Assembly (NCBI GenBank): GCA_022791875.1
Contig: JAAVZX010000042.1
Location: 42,911 to 106,910, forward strand
Source: Oscillibacter sp.
GTDB taxonomy: Bacteria > Bacillota > Clostridia > Oscillospirales > Oscillospiraceae
DNA: 64,000 nt
Reading direction: 5' to 3'
The translations under genes and the position numbers were made by a program. Below, one piece after another: positions 49,511-59,794 of this stretch. Position 1 is the first letter of the stretch; every line of letters begins with the position of its first letter. The notes under the pieces were generated by a model that ran no database searches, was not told the origin of the DNA, and saw nothing but the letters and a program-made list of their open reading frames with translations.

Positions 49511-50817
49511 CGTTTCTGATTGCGTCCGGAGTCATTCTCCTGTTGATTTTCCTGGGGATGAGCATTCCTTATACCTTTATGGCGGGGTCCACACTCTTCT
49601 GCATTATTGAAGGGGCGAAAATGAACTGGTTCCCCTCCACCGGCTACTACTCCATGGAATCCTATTCCATGCTGGCCATGCCGCTGTTTATTGCGGCAGG
49701 GTCCCTGCTGGAGCGCAGCGGCATTGCCAGCCGCCTGGTAGATTTGGGAGAAATTATGCTCCGGAAAGTAAAGGGCGGATTGGCTGCCACCATTCCTGTG
49801 GTTTCCGCCTTTTTCGGCGCCCTCAGCGGCTCCGGCCTGGCTACGGCCTCTACCATGTGTACGATGCTGGGCCCCCGGCTGTTTGAGAAGGGCTGGGACC
49901 GCCGGTACGTGGCTGCTTTTGTGGCGGCGTCTGCGCCCCTGGGGTTCCTGATTCCGCCAAATGTCAACGCAGTGGTCTACTCCATGGTCTCTGAGTGTTC
50001 CATCGCCTCCCTGTTTATCGCGACGGTGATTCCTGCCATTCTGCTCCTGGCATTCTATCTGATTATCAACCGGATTGTGTATACAAAATGGTATCATCCC
50101 GGCGTCAATTATAACGGCGAGAACGCAGAGGCGGTTATTGACACCTCGGAGGCCATGACCCTTTGGCAGGCGGTGAAGCGCTCCCTTCTGGCCTTTCTCA
50201 TGCCGGTTATCATCCTGGGGGGCATCTACTCCGGTGTTTTTACCGCCACTGAGGCTGGCGCTATCAGCTGCTTCTACGGACTGCTCATCGGCTGCTTCGT
50301 CTACAAATCCCTGAAGGCGAAGGATGTCTTTGCTGTATTTCGGGACAGCGCTTATTCTGTGGCAACCATGATGATGATTTTCCCCTTCACCTTCATCTTC
50401 TCCAGAGTGATGGTCACAAATGGCGTGCCTCAGATCATCACGGAATTTATCACCAGCATTTCCACAAATCCCTATGTGATTACCCTGCTTCTGGCAGTGA
50501 TTCTCATTATCGCGGGCTGTTTCCTGGATGCCAATATCCTGCTGCTTGTGTTCACGCCCCTGCTGCTGCCCACCGCCGCGTCCATTGGAATTTCCTCGCT
50601 TCAATTTGGCGTAATCGTGTTTATGGCCGTGGGTATTGGGGCCGCTACGCCGCCTATGGCAATGTGCCTGTTCCTCAGCGCGCGGCTCTGCCGGGTTTCT
50701 GTCAATGAAACAGTACGGCCTCTGCTGCCCTTCCTGCTGTTTGGAGCGCTGCCGGTGCTGCTACTGGTGAGCTATGTTCCTGCTCTCTCCGAATGGCTTC
50801 CCAGTCTGCTGAATTAA
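49507..50817 (+). CDS. dctM: TRAP transporter large permease
   Basis: AMPLF, FGALSGS, LIPP, GGIYSGVFTATEA, TPP. Confidence 0.92.
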   Translation: MTFLIASGVILLLIFLGMSIPYTFMAGSTLFCIIEGAKMNWFPSTGYYSMESYSMLAMPLFIAAGSLLERSGIASRLVDLGEIMLRKVKGGLAATIPVVSAFFGALSGSGLATASTMCTMLGPRLFEKGWDRRYVAAFVAASAPLGFLIPPNVNAVVYSMVSECSIASLFIATVIPAILLLAFYLIINRIVYTKWYHPGVNYNGENAEAVIDTSEAMTLWQAVKRSLLAFLMPVIILGGIYSGVFTATEAGAISCFYGLLIGCFVYKSLKAKDVFAVFRDSAYSVATMMMIFPFTFIFSRVMVTNGVPQIITEFITSISTNPYVITLLLAVILIIAGCFLDANILLLVFTPLLLPTAASIGISSLQFGVIVFMAVGIGAATPPMAMCLFLSARLCRVSVNETVRPLLPFLLFGALPVLLLVSYVPALSEWLPSLLN

Positions 50818-50836
50818 CATAAGGAGATATTCTATT

Positions 50837-51706
50837 ATGGATAAAGTTGGTTATCATGTGCAGGAGCTGCGGCCGGGCATCTGGGTCATTGATGAATTTT
50901 CCATGGATTATATTTACGTCATCGAGGGCCGGGACCAGGCCGTGCTGCTGGATACAGGGACCGGAACCTGGGACCTCCGCTCGGAGGTGGAACGCCTTGT
51001 CCGCAAGCCTTACGATGTGGTCATCACCCACGCCCACATGGATCATGCAGGCGGAATCGGGCAGTTTGAGACGGTGCACGTACACAGAGAGGACCTCCCC
51101 TGCTTTGAATTGCCGGAAGAGGTGAATCCTGTAAGCGTGTACAAGCGCCATCAGTATTGTGACCGGGCACTCGCCGCCTACGGCCGGGACCTTCTGCCTT
51201 TTAACCCGGAGCGTTTGATGCCGGTGGATATGTCCCGCATAACGCTGGTTCCCTATGAGGACCATACGGTTTTCGACCTGGGCGGGCGGACCCTGGAGTC
51301 AATTCAGGTCCCTGGCCATACCAGGGGAAGCTGCTGTTTCCTGGACAAGGAGGACCGGATTCTCTTCACGGGAGACAACTTCGGCAAAACGCTGATTCTC
51401 CCTGGCCCCGGAACGGACCGGGAGCGCATATCGGGATGGCTGGCGGCGGCGGAGGAATTGGAGCGCCGGAGCGGCGAATTTGATCTCATCTGTTCCGGGC
51501 ATTTCTGCCCCTTGGAGCGGAGCTGGTTTCTGGACATGCTGGAGGGCGCCCGAAGGATTCTGGATGGAACACTGCATACGGGGATCTGGGAGGCAGACGA
51601 ACTGCTGGGGCCTATGTACCATTATGGCAACGTTTACTTTACCATGGACCCGGAAAATATCCGGACCCGGGACTTTTTCCGGATTCGGGATGTAAGACAT
51701 TATTGA
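50837..51706 (+). CDS. MBL-fold metallo-hydrolase
   Basis: THAHMDH, PGHTRG, FTGD, SGH. Confidence 0.9.
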   Translation: MDKVGYHVQELRPGIWVIDEFSMDYIYVIEGRDQAVLLDTGTGTWDLRSEVERLVRKPYDVVITHAHMDHAGGIGQFETVHVHREDLPCFELPEEVNPVSVYKRHQYCDRALAAYGRDLLPFNPERLMPVDMSRITLVPYEDHTVFDLGGRTLESIQVPGHTRGSCCFLDKEDRILFTGDNFGKTLILPGPGTDRERISGWLAAAEELERRSGEFDLICSGHFCPLERSWFLDMLEGARRILDGTLHTGIWEADELLGPMYHYGNVYFTMDPENIRTRDFFRIRDVRHY

Positions 51707-51720
51707 CAGGAGACGATAAA

Positions 51721-52026
51721 ATGAAAGCGCTGTGGATCAACAGGGAAGACAACGTGGCGGTGGTGCTGGAGGATGTTCCCGAAGGCGCTGCGGTTGAAGC
51801 GGGAGGCATTTGCCTCACCGCAGGTGAAGAGATTCCCAAGGGGCATAAAATTGCATTGGAACGGATTCCGGAGGGAGCATCCGTTGTCAAGTATGGCGTT
51901 CCCATCGGAAAGGCCGGAATCGACATTCCGGCGGGGAGCTTCGTACATACCCACAATGTTCTGGACGTGACGTCAGAGCTCTGCCGGAAATACGCCGAGG
52001 ACTACCGCAGGAAGGAGGCGGAGTGA
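51721..52026 (+). CDS. UxaA-family small subunit (SAF domain)
   Basis: DNVAV, IPKGHKIAL, KYGVPIG, VHTHN. Confidence 0.9.
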   Translation: MKALWINREDNVAVVLEDVPEGAAVEAGGICLTAGEEIPKGHKIALERIPEGASVVKYGVPIGKAGIDIPAGSFVHTHNVLDVTSELCRKYAEDYRRKEAE

Positions 52027-53183
52027 TGCTTCAGCTGACAGGATATCCCCGCCCGAACGGGCAGGCAGGCATCCGGAACTATGCGCTTGTGATTTCGACT
52101 GTACACTGTGCCAACACAGCGGCTCAGAAAATCGCCTTTCAGACGGGCGCCCATGTCATTACTCATGATGTGGGATGCGTGGAATTTGAGCAGAGCCATG
52201 CCAGAACCTGCTTAGCCCTTCTGACAGCGGCGAAAAACCCTAATATCGGCGCGGTGCTGCTGGTGGGCGCAGGCTGTGAGCAGACAGATCTGCCGGCCTT
52301 GGAACGGGAAATTGCGGAGACGGGAAAACCCGTGGGCCATGTGACCATTCAGGAGGCCGGCGGGGCTCCGGAGGCGGTTGCTCTGGGCGTGGAGCGGCTT
52401 GAACGGCTAAAGGCTGCCGCTGTTCAGGAGAGAGTTCCCATTCCCTTTTCCAAACTGGTGGTAGGCGTTCAGTGCGGAGGCTCCGATTGGACTACGGCAC
52501 TGGCAGGAAATACGACCCTGGGTGCTATGACAGACCGCATCATTGCCGCTGGAGGGACTGTGCTGATGGGTGAGGTAGCCGGGCTTCCCGGCAGCGAACA
52601 TATTATCGCAGAGCACGCAGTTTCAAAAGAGGCGGGACTTCAGATCATCGACATGTGCTCCGAGCTGCGGGCGGAGTTCCTTGAAACACGCGGCCAGGCC
52701 ATAGAGGAAGTCAATCCTACCCCTGGCAATAAGGCGGGAGGCATTACGACCTTGGTGGAGAAATCCATGGGTAATATCAAAAAAATGGGCAGCGCCCCTG
52801 TGCAGGGCACTATCCGCGCCGGAGAGGCAGTTCCCCACCCGGGGCTTTGGATTGTGGATATCCGCTCGGACGGGCCGGACGCAAACACGACCTCCGGCTT
52901 TGCGATGGCCGGGGCAAATCTGACGGTATTCAGCACCGGACGGGGCAGCCCTATGGGAAATGTCGCCATGCCGGTGCTTAAGGTCACAGGAAACCCGGAG
53001 GCGTTTCAGGCGCTGGGCAGCATCCTGGATTTCAACGCCGGAGACACGCTGATGGGCACGGATGTGGAAATTGTCGCAGAACGGCTGATGGCCCTTGTGG
53101 CGGAGGTCGTCAACGGAAAGGAGACAAAGTCTGAAATCAATGGGGACTTTGAGTTCATTATCCCCCGCGAGCGCCAGCGCTGA
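52023..53183 (+). CDS. UxaA-family hydro-lyase large subunit (altronate/galactarate dehydratase or SuyB-like)
   Basis: GIRNY, GAGCE, QCGGSD, NPTPGNKAGGITTLVEKSMG, FSTGRG. Confidence 0.9.
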   Translation: MMLQLTGYPRPNGQAGIRNYALVISTVHCANTAAQKIAFQTGAHVITHDVGCVEFEQSHARTCLALLTAAKNPNIGAVLLVGAGCEQTDLPALEREIAETGKPVGHVTIQEAGGAPEAVALGVERLERLKAAAVQERVPIPFSKLVVGVQCGGSDWTTALAGNTTLGAMTDRIIAAGGTVLMGEVAGLPGSEHIIAEHAVSKEAGLQIIDMCSELRAEFLETRGQAIEEVNPTPGNKAGGITTLVEKSMGNIKKMGSAPVQGTIRAGEAVPHPGLWIVDIRSDGPDANTTSGFAMAGANLTVFSTGRGSPMGNVAMPVLKVTGNPEAFQALGSILDFNAGDTLMGTDVEIVAERLMALVAEVVNGKETKSEINGDFEFIIPRERQR

Positions 53184-54405
53184 CGGGCTGGAAACGCTGC
53201 TGCGGACAGAGCGGACCTATGCGGAGATCCACCTGGACAGGCTGGGGCGCAACCTGGGGAGGGTCCGCCGCCTGATCCCGCCGGGCTGTAAAGTGATGTC
53301 CGTTCTAAAAGCGGACGCTTATGGACATGGTTTGGCTGTCTGTGCCCGTTTCATGGAGCCTTTTACGGACGCATTTGCTGTGGCAACACTGGAAGAGGCT
53401 TTGACTGTCCGGCGTTCCGGTGTTAAAAAGACCGTTCTGCTTTTAGGTATTCTGAAGCAGCAGGAGGTGTCAGAAGCGGCGGCGGCTGAAATTACCTGCA
53501 ACCTCTGCGGACTGGCTTACGCGAGGATGCTCAGTCAGACACTGGAAGGGACTGGGCAGATTATGAAGGGCCATATCGAGTTTGATACTGGTATGAACCG
53601 GACTGGCATTCGGCTGCGTCCCGGCGAGGAACAGGAGGCAGTGGAAATTGCAGAGGAAATATGCCGCCTGCCAAATATTCATGTAACCGGAACCTTCACC
53701 CACTTTTCCTGTGCGGAAGCCGAGGACGGCGACAGCCGGGAGGAAACTGACAGGCAGTATGCCTCATTTCATAAAGCATGTAAAATGCTGGAAGAAGCCG
53801 GATACCATATGGCTGTCCGCCACACCTCCAGCACAGGCCCGCTTCTGATACGGCCTGAATACTGCATGGACATGGTTCGGGTAGGAATGCTGCCCTACGG
53901 GATGAGTATCAGCACAGCCTATACAAAGAAGCTGGGACTGGAACCTGTGATGACCTGGTATGGACGGATTGACGCAGTTCGCGAGGTCCCAGCCGGAGAG
54001 GCGGTGGGCTATGAGCGGGTTTTTCGCGTCCAGTGTCCTTCCCGTATCGCTGTGATTTCTGCCGGATATGCAGATGGATATCCCTATGGACTGGGAAACC
54101 AGGGCCATGTTCAAATTGCGGGAAAGAACGCGTATATATGCGGCAAGCTCTGTATGGATTTCCTGATGGCGGATGTTACCGATATTCCGGATGCCCGTCC
54201 TGGTGATACTGCCATTCTGCTGGGTGGTCTGGGAGAAAAAGCGATTCACGCTAATTTTCTGGCAGAACGACTCCCTTATGGTACCTGTGGAGGAATCACA
54301 GCAGGAATCGGCCTGCGGGTTCCGCGCGTCTACTATGAAAACGGGGTTTGCATCAAAATTTCCAGAGCTGAATGGAAGCAAGTGCCGGTCTCATATACAT
54401 ACTGA
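53140..54405 (+). CDS. Alanine racemase-family PLP enzyme (start uncertain)
   Basis: VLKADAYGHG, DTGMNRTG, THF, VGY, GYADG, CMD. Confidence 0.88.
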   Translation: MGTLSSLSPASASADGLETLLRTERTYAEIHLDRLGRNLGRVRRLIPPGCKVMSVLKADAYGHGLAVCARFMEPFTDAFAVATLEEALTVRRSGVKKTVLLLGILKQQEVSEAAAAEITCNLCGLAYARMLSQTLEGTGQIMKGHIEFDTGMNRTGIRLRPGEEQEAVEIAEEICRLPNIHVTGTFTHFSCAEAEDGDSREETDRQYASFHKACKMLEEAGYHMAVRHTSSTGPLLIRPEYCMDMVRVGMLPYGMSISTAYTKKLGLEPVMTWYGRIDAVREVPAGEAVGYERVFRVQCPSRIAVISAGYADGYPYGLGNQGHVQIAGKNAYICGKLCMDFLMADVTDIPDARPGDTAILLGGLGEKAIHANFLAERLPYGTCGGITAGIGLRVPRVYYENGVCIKISRAEWKQVPVSYTY

Positions 54406-54429
54406 ATACCTTGTCTCAAGGGAAAAGAA

Positions 54430-54458
54430 GCGGCCCTATGCCATTGGCATAGGGCCGC
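54430..54458. terminator. Hairpin between convergent genes
   Basis: GCGGCCCTATGCCA-T-TGGCATAGGGCCGC. Confidence 0.7.
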
Positions 54459-54464
54459 CTGCTG

Positions 54465-55082
54465 TCAGCGGATGAAGCTGGTGCGCTGGAGGGCTTCCCG
54501 CTGGGGGAGGCCGTACTGCTCCTTCCCCAGGGCGATGCTGCGCATGAGGAAGACCATGTTCCGGGCCAGGGTGCGCATGGTCTGCATCCCCTCCAGGTCC
54601 TGGGCGGCTTCGCCGGGGGCGCGGCCGTGGACGCTGTTCCAGTATTGGCTGGGGGCTACGGGCATCCCGGAGATGGTAAAGAATTTGTTGAGCTCGTCAA
54701 AGGTGGCGGAGAGCCCGCCGCGGCGTCCGGCAATCACCGCCGCGCCTACCTTCATGGTCTTGTCGAAGTGGGTGCTGTAGAAGAGGCGGGTGAGGAAGGC
54801 GGTGAGGGTGGCGTTGGCGGCGGCGTAGTAGACGGGGCTTCCGACTACCAGGCCGTCGCAGGCTTCCAGCTTCGGGGCGGCGGCGTTTACGGCGTCGTCG
54901 AAGACGCATTTGCCGGTTTCGCCGCATTTGCCGCAGGCGATGCAGCCGCGGATGGGGAGATTGCCGATTTGGAGGGTTTCGCATTCGACGCCCTCGGAGG
55001 CGAAGATTTTCGTCATCTCTTCCAGGGCCAGGGCGGTGTTTCCCTTGGGGCGGGGGCTTCCGTTGATCATCAGTACCTTCAT
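54465..55082 (-). CDS. Flavodoxin-family iron-sulfur flavoprotein
   Basis: NGSPRPKGNT, CIACGKC..C, GSPVYY. Confidence 0.9.
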   Translation of the reverse strand: MKVLMINGSPRPKGNTALALEEMTKIFASEGVECETLQIGNLPIRGCIACGKCGETGKCVFDDAVNAAAPKLEACDGLVVGSPVYYAAANATLTAFLTRLFYSTHFDKTMKVGAAVIAGRRGGLSATFDELNKFFTISGMPVAPSQYWNSVHGRAPGEAAQDLEGMQTMRTLARNMVFLMRSIALGKEQYGLPQREALQRTSFIR

Positions 55083-55341
55083 GTGCGGTTCCTTTCTGTT
55101 GTGGGGGGCGGTTCATTGGGTGCGGCGGGCGCGGAGGGAGGGCGGACACGCAGGTCCGCCCCTGCGGGTTGTGTCAAGGGAAAATATACCACGTTGCGGG
55201 GGACGTGTCAAGTGAGATTGGCGGTTGTGAGGGTGTGGCCTGTTTCGGGGGACAGGCCCCGTATGAAAACCTCCATATACATGAGGCCCGACCTGTGAAC
55301 ACCGCTCAGCCTGCGGCAATCGAATCCGTATTTGGAGCGCC

Positions 55342-56358
55342 TTACTGCGCCTCCAGCCTCCGGCAGCTGTTTCTCTCCACAATATAATGCGGCACGATAA
55401 TCTTCGTCGCCAGCAAATTCGGGTTCTCCACATGGTTGATCAGCTGCGACGCCGCCTCGAAGCCCAGCTGGAACGAATTCACATCCACCGACGTCAGCTG
55501 GAAGGATGTGAACTGGGCGAAGGGCGAGTTATTGAACGAAATGATGGACACGTCCTCCGGCACCGACAGCCCCATCTGGATGCAGGTCCGCTCCAGGGCC
55601 ACCGCCAGAATGTCGTCCCCGGCCACCACCGCCGTGGGGCGCTCCTCCTGCTCCAGAAGGGCCCGCAGGGCCGTCGTGTCCGACAGCGCCTCCACCTCCA
55701 CGCAGCAGCCCGGCAGCACAGGGAGCCCGTGCTGGAGCATGGAGAGCTGGTAGCCCGACTTCCGGTCCGCGGAGAAGAAGAACACGCTGTCGCAGCCCAG
55801 ATAGGCGATCCGCCTGTGGCCCAGGCTGTAGAGGTAGTCCGTGGCCTCACGGCCCGCCAGGAGGTTGTCGTTGTCCACGCAGACGGTCTGGCTCGCCAGC
55901 TGGCTGGGCTTGCCGATCAGGACGTACAGCAGCCCCGCGTCGCACAGGCAGTCCACGATGTGGTCCTCCGCCTTGGAGTACATCAGAACGGCCCCCTCCA
56001 GGCAGCCGTCCTGGGACATGCCCCGGAGGACGGCAAGTATTTCCTCCTCGTCCCGGCCCGTGATGACCACGGGGGCGTACTGCCGCTGGTTGCAGAACTG
56101 GCTGATGCCCCGCAGGGTTTCCAGGAAGAAGGGGTTCTCGTAGGCCAGCTGCGGGGAGGGGGGAAGAATCACGCCGATGAAGCGGGTCTTCGCCGCGCCG
56201 CCGGAGGGGGGCGCAGGCTCGTAGCTGAGCTGTGCCATCGCTTTGCGCACCTTTTCCTTGGTCTCCCGGCTGATGGAGGGGCTGTCGTTGCACACGCGGG
56301 AGACTGTGGAGGGGGACACCCCCGCCAGGGCCGCCACATCCCGGATTGTTACCGCCAT
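55342..56358 (-). CDS. LacI-family regulator (MalR-like)
   Basis: TIRDVAALAGVSPSTVSRV; divergent from the maltose operon. Confidence 0.92.
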   Translation of the reverse strand: MAVTIRDVAALAGVSPSTVSRVCNDSPSISRETKEKVRKAMAQLSYEPAPPSGGAAKTRFIGVILPPSPQLAYENPFFLETLRGISQFCNQRQYAPVVITGRDEEEILAVLRGMSQDGCLEGAVLMYSKAEDHIVDCLCDAGLLYVLIGKPSQLASQTVCVDNDNLLAGREATDYLYSLGHRRIAYLGCDSVFFFSADRKSGYQLSMLQHGLPVLPGCCVEVEALSDTTALRALLEQEERPTAVVAGDDILAVALERTCIQMGLSVPEDVSIISFNNSPFAQFTSFQLTSVDVNSFQLGFEAASQLINHVENPNLLATKIIVPHYIVERNSCRRLEAQ

Positions 56359-56407
56359 AGCTGTGCTCCTTTCGCAGTTTCACATTTTGTTGCGTTTTAT
56401 TTGCATT

Positions 56408-56436
56408 ATTATAGCGTAAACGGGACGGGGTGTCAA
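56408..56436 (-). promoter_or_regulatory. Consensus sigma-A promoter for the LacI gene
   Basis: TTGACA-N17-TATAAT. Confidence 0.8.
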
Positions 56437-56449
56437 CAAAAAACCGTCT

Positions 56450-56532
56450 GTAGGGGCCGGCGCCCTCGGCGTCCCGTCCCCTGCGGCCCTGGCAGTTGCG
56501 AAGGACGGGCCGGCGAGGGCGCCGGCCCCTAC
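56450..56532. repeat. GTAG-family REP doublet (REPIN-like)
   Basis: Perfect 19-bp inverted arms GTAGGGGCCGGCGCCCTCG / CGAGGGCGCCGGCCCCTAC. Confidence 0.75.
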
Positions 56533-56757
56533 GGGTGCATCCCCACGGGCATGGCAGTTGTTAAGGCACGGCCTGTTCCGGGCCCCAGGCCCCCGCCCAC
56601 CCGGTCAATATAGCCAAGAATCCCCCGTCAAAATTATACAAATGGCAGAACTGTCCGAATCCTGCGAAAATGCTCTTGCAATTTTTGTGCAATTGTATTA
56701 TTTTGGTTGCATAAGATTTCCGCAACAACGCGGAACGCGTAAAGGAGAGATGCAGCA

Positions 56758-58932
56758 ATGGACGCCAACAGCAAGCAGCACCGCATTTCGGCTCCCATGA
56801 GCGGGCAGGCAGTCCCCCTGGACCAGGTTCCCGACGAGGTATTCTCTGAGAAGGTCCTGGGCGACGGCCTCGCCATCATCCCGTCGGAGGGCAGGATCTG
56901 CAGCCCCGTGGACGGCGAGATCTCCTCCGTGGCGGAGACGAAGCACGCCTACGGCTTCTCCTCCGAAGACGGCCTGGAAATCCTGGTCCACTTCGGCCTG
57001 GAAACCGTGGCCCTCAAGGGCGAGGGCTTCACGCCCCATGTCCAGGCCGGTGACAAGGTGAAGGCCGGGGACCTGGTGGCCGAGGTGGACATGGACCTGC
57101 TCAAGAGCAAGGGCATCAACCCCATCACCCCCGTTCTGGTCTGCGACGGCGCGGACGGCATGACCATGGAAACCGCCTCCGGCGCGGTCCAAAAGGGCGA
57201 CGCCGTGATCACCCTCACCGAATCCGCGGCCCCCGCTCCCGCCGAGCCCGCCCCCGCGCCCTCGGAACCCGTGGACACCGGTAAGCGGCTGGGCATTGAC
57301 TTCGACTTCCTCCAGAAGCTGGGCAAGGTGCTCATGACCGTCATCGCCGTCATGCCCGCCGCGGGCCTCATGCTCAGCATCGGCAAGCTCTTCCAGATGG
57401 CCGGGGTGGACATCAGCTTCCTCATGACCGTGGGCAGCACCATGGAGAACATCGGCTGGGCCATTATCAACAACCTGCACATCCTCTTCGCCGCGGCCAT
57501 CGGCGGCTCCTGGGCCAAGGAGCGGGCAGGGGGCGCCTTCGCGGCCATCATCGCCTTCATCCTCATCAACTGCATCACCGGCGCGGTCTTCGGCGTCACC
57601 AGCGGAATGCTGGCGGAGGAGGGGGCCGTGGTGTACTCCTTCTTCGGACAGGAAATGCTGGTGGAGAACTACTTCACCTCCGTCCTGGGTGCCCCGGCCC
57701 TGAACATGGGCGTGTTCATCGGCATTATTGCGGGCTTCGTGGGCGGCACAGTCTACAATAAGTTCTACAACTTCCGCAAGCTCCCCGACGCCCTGGCCTT
57801 CTTCAACGGCAAGCGCTTCGTCCCCCTGGCGGTGATCGCCTACTCCGTGGTGATCTCCCTGGTGATGGCGGTGGTGTGGCCGGTGGTCCAGTCCGGGATC
57901 AACTCCTTCGGCATCTGGATTGCCAATTCCTCCGAGACCTCCCCGGTGCTGGCCCCCTTCATCTACGGCACCCTGGAGCGCCTTCTGCTCCCCTTCGGAC
58001 TCCACCACATGCTCACCATCCCCATGAACTACACCTCCTTCGGCGGCACCTACATGATCCAGACGGGCATCAACGCCGGGTCCTCCGTCTTCGGCCAGGA
58101 CCCCCTGTGGCTGGCCTGGGTCACGGACCTCATCAACTTCAAGGACGCCGGGGACATGGCCGCTTACGAAAACCTGATGGCCACCGTCATTCCCGCCCGC
58201 TTCAAGGTGGGCCAGATGATCGGCGCTACGGGCCTCCTGATGGGCATCACTCTGGCGATGTACCGCCGCGTGGAGCCGGACAAGCGGAGAAATTACCGCT
58301 CCATGTTCATCTCCACCGCCCTGGCCGTCTTCCTCACCGGCGTGACCGAACCCCTGGAGTTCATGTTCATGTTCTGCGCCCTGCCTCTGTACGTCCTTTA
58401 CGCCGTGCTCCAGGGCTGCGCCTTTGCCATGGCGGGCGTTATTCACCTGCGGCTTCATTCCTTCGGCAACCTGGAGTTCTTAACCCGGGTGCCCATGTCC
58501 CTGAAAGCGGGGCTGTCCGGCGACATCATCAACTTTATCATCTGCTGCGTGGCGTTCCTGGCCATCGGCTACGTGGCGGCCTACTTCATGATCGGGAAGT
58601 TTGCCTTTGCCACGCCGGGCCGTCTGGGGAACTACACCGAAGAGGGCGGCGACGAGTCTGAGGGCGGCGCGCCCGCCTCCGGCGGCAAGTCCGGCGGAAA
58701 CGGCCAGGCGGAGCGGATCATCGCCCTCCTGGGGGGCCGGGAGAACATCACTCTGGTGGACGCCTGCATGACCCGCCTCCGGGTGACGGTCAAGGACCCC
58801 TCCAAGGTGGCGGAGCTGGCCGAGTGGAAGGCCGAGGGCGCTCTGGGCCTGGTGAAGAAGGACACCGGCATCCAGGCCATCTACGGACCCAAGGCCGACG
58901 TGCTGAAATCCGACATCAACGACATTCTGTAG
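56758..58932 (+). CDS. Maltose-type PTS transporter, domain order IIA-IIC-IIB
   Basis: TKHA..HFGLETV (IIA), LQKLGKVLM..GVTEPLEF (IIC), DACMTRLR (IIB). Confidence 0.9.
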   Translation: MDANSKQHRISAPMSGQAVPLDQVPDEVFSEKVLGDGLAIIPSEGRICSPVDGEISSVAETKHAYGFSSEDGLEILVHFGLETVALKGEGFTPHVQAGDKVKAGDLVAEVDMDLLKSKGINPITPVLVCDGADGMTMETASGAVQKGDAVITLTESAAPAPAEPAPAPSEPVDTGKRLGIDFDFLQKLGKVLMTVIAVMPAAGLMLSIGKLFQMAGVDISFLMTVGSTMENIGWAIINNLHILFAAAIGGSWAKERAGGAFAAIIAFILINCITGAVFGVTSGMLAEEGAVVYSFFGQEMLVENYFTSVLGAPALNMGVFIGIIAGFVGGTVYNKFYNFRKLPDALAFFNGKRFVPLAVIAYSVVISLVMAVVWPVVQSGINSFGIWIANSSETSPVLAPFIYGTLERLLLPFGLHHMLTIPMNYTSFGGTYMIQTGINAGSSVFGQDPLWLAWVTDLINFKDAGDMAAYENLMATVIPARFKVGQMIGATGLLMGITLAMYRRVEPDKRRNYRSMFISTALAVFLTGVTEPLEFMFMFCALPLYVLYAVLQGCAFAMAGVIHLRLHSFGNLEFLTRVPMSLKAGLSGDIINFIICCVAFLAIGYVAAYFMIGKFAFATPGRLGNYTEEGGDESEGGAPASGGKSGGNGQAERIIALLGGRENITLVDACMTRLRVTVKDPSKVAELAEWKAEGALGLVKKDTGIQAIYGPKADVLKSDINDIL

Positions 58933-58984
58933 GGAAGTGAACAGGGGCGGCAAAAGCCGTCCCTGCCCCCTTTGAGGTGAAAAC

Positions 58985-59794
58985 ATGAAACTGTTTACAT
59001 TGAATGCCCACAGCCTCCAGGGAGACGAGCCAAGAAAGAATCTCGAGCGTTTGGCGGCGTTTCTGCTGGAGGAACGCCCGGAGGTGGTTGCGATCCAGGA
59101 GGTGAACCAGCCCATGGACGCGCCGCCTCTGGACCCTGCCGAGCTGCCGGGAGGCTATGTTCCCTCCGGAAGCGCCCGCCCCACCCGGGAGGGCTGCTTT
59201 GCCGCGGAGCTGGCGGCGCTGCTGGCCCCCCGCGCCTGGACTTGGCTTCCTGTGAAAATCTCCTACGGGCGCTATGAGGAAGGTCTGGCGCTGTTCAGCC
59301 TCGCGGCCCCCATTGAGGAGGTCCGCACCCTGCTTCTCAGCCCCTGTGACGACTTCCAAAACTGGCGGACCCGCAAGGCCCTGGGCGTCCGGCTGGGCGG
59401 GGCGTGGTTCTGGTGCCTCCACATGGGCTGGTGGGACGACGAGGACCCGTTCGCGGAGCAGTGGAAACGCCTGGAGGCGGGCCTGCCCCAGGGTCCGGCG
59501 TGGCTCCTGGGGGACTTCAACGCCCCCGCCCACGTCCAGAATCAGGGCTGGGACCTGGTTCACGCCTCCGGCTGGGAGGACTCCTACCTGCTGGCAAAAG
59601 AGCGGGACGGCGGCATCACCGTCCAAGGCCCCATCGACGGCTGGAAGGACCAGCGGGAGGGCCTGCGCATCGACTACATCTGGCACCGTGGGCCCGTGGA
59701 GACGGCCCGCTCCCGGACGGTCCTGAACGGCAAAGACGGCCCCGCAGTCTCCGACCACTTCGGGGTCCTGGCGGAAACGGAGGAATCACTATGA
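58985..59794 (+). CDS. mapP: Endonuclease/exonuclease/phosphatase-family protein, probable maltose 6'-phosphate phosphatase
   Basis: TLNAHS, IQEV, GDFN, IDY, SDH; sits between maltose PTS and malQ. Confidence 0.75.
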   Translation: MKLFTLNAHSLQGDEPRKNLERLAAFLLEERPEVVAIQEVNQPMDAPPLDPAELPGGYVPSGSARPTREGCFAAELAALLAPRAWTWLPVKISYGRYEEGLALFSLAAPIEEVRTLLLSPCDDFQNWRTRKALGVRLGGAWFWCLHMGWWDDEDPFAEQWKRLEAGLPQGPAWLLGDFNAPAHVQNQGWDLVHASGWEDSYLLAKERDGGITVQGPIDGWKDQREGLRIDYIWHRGPVETARSRTVLNGKDGPAVSDHFGVLAETEESL

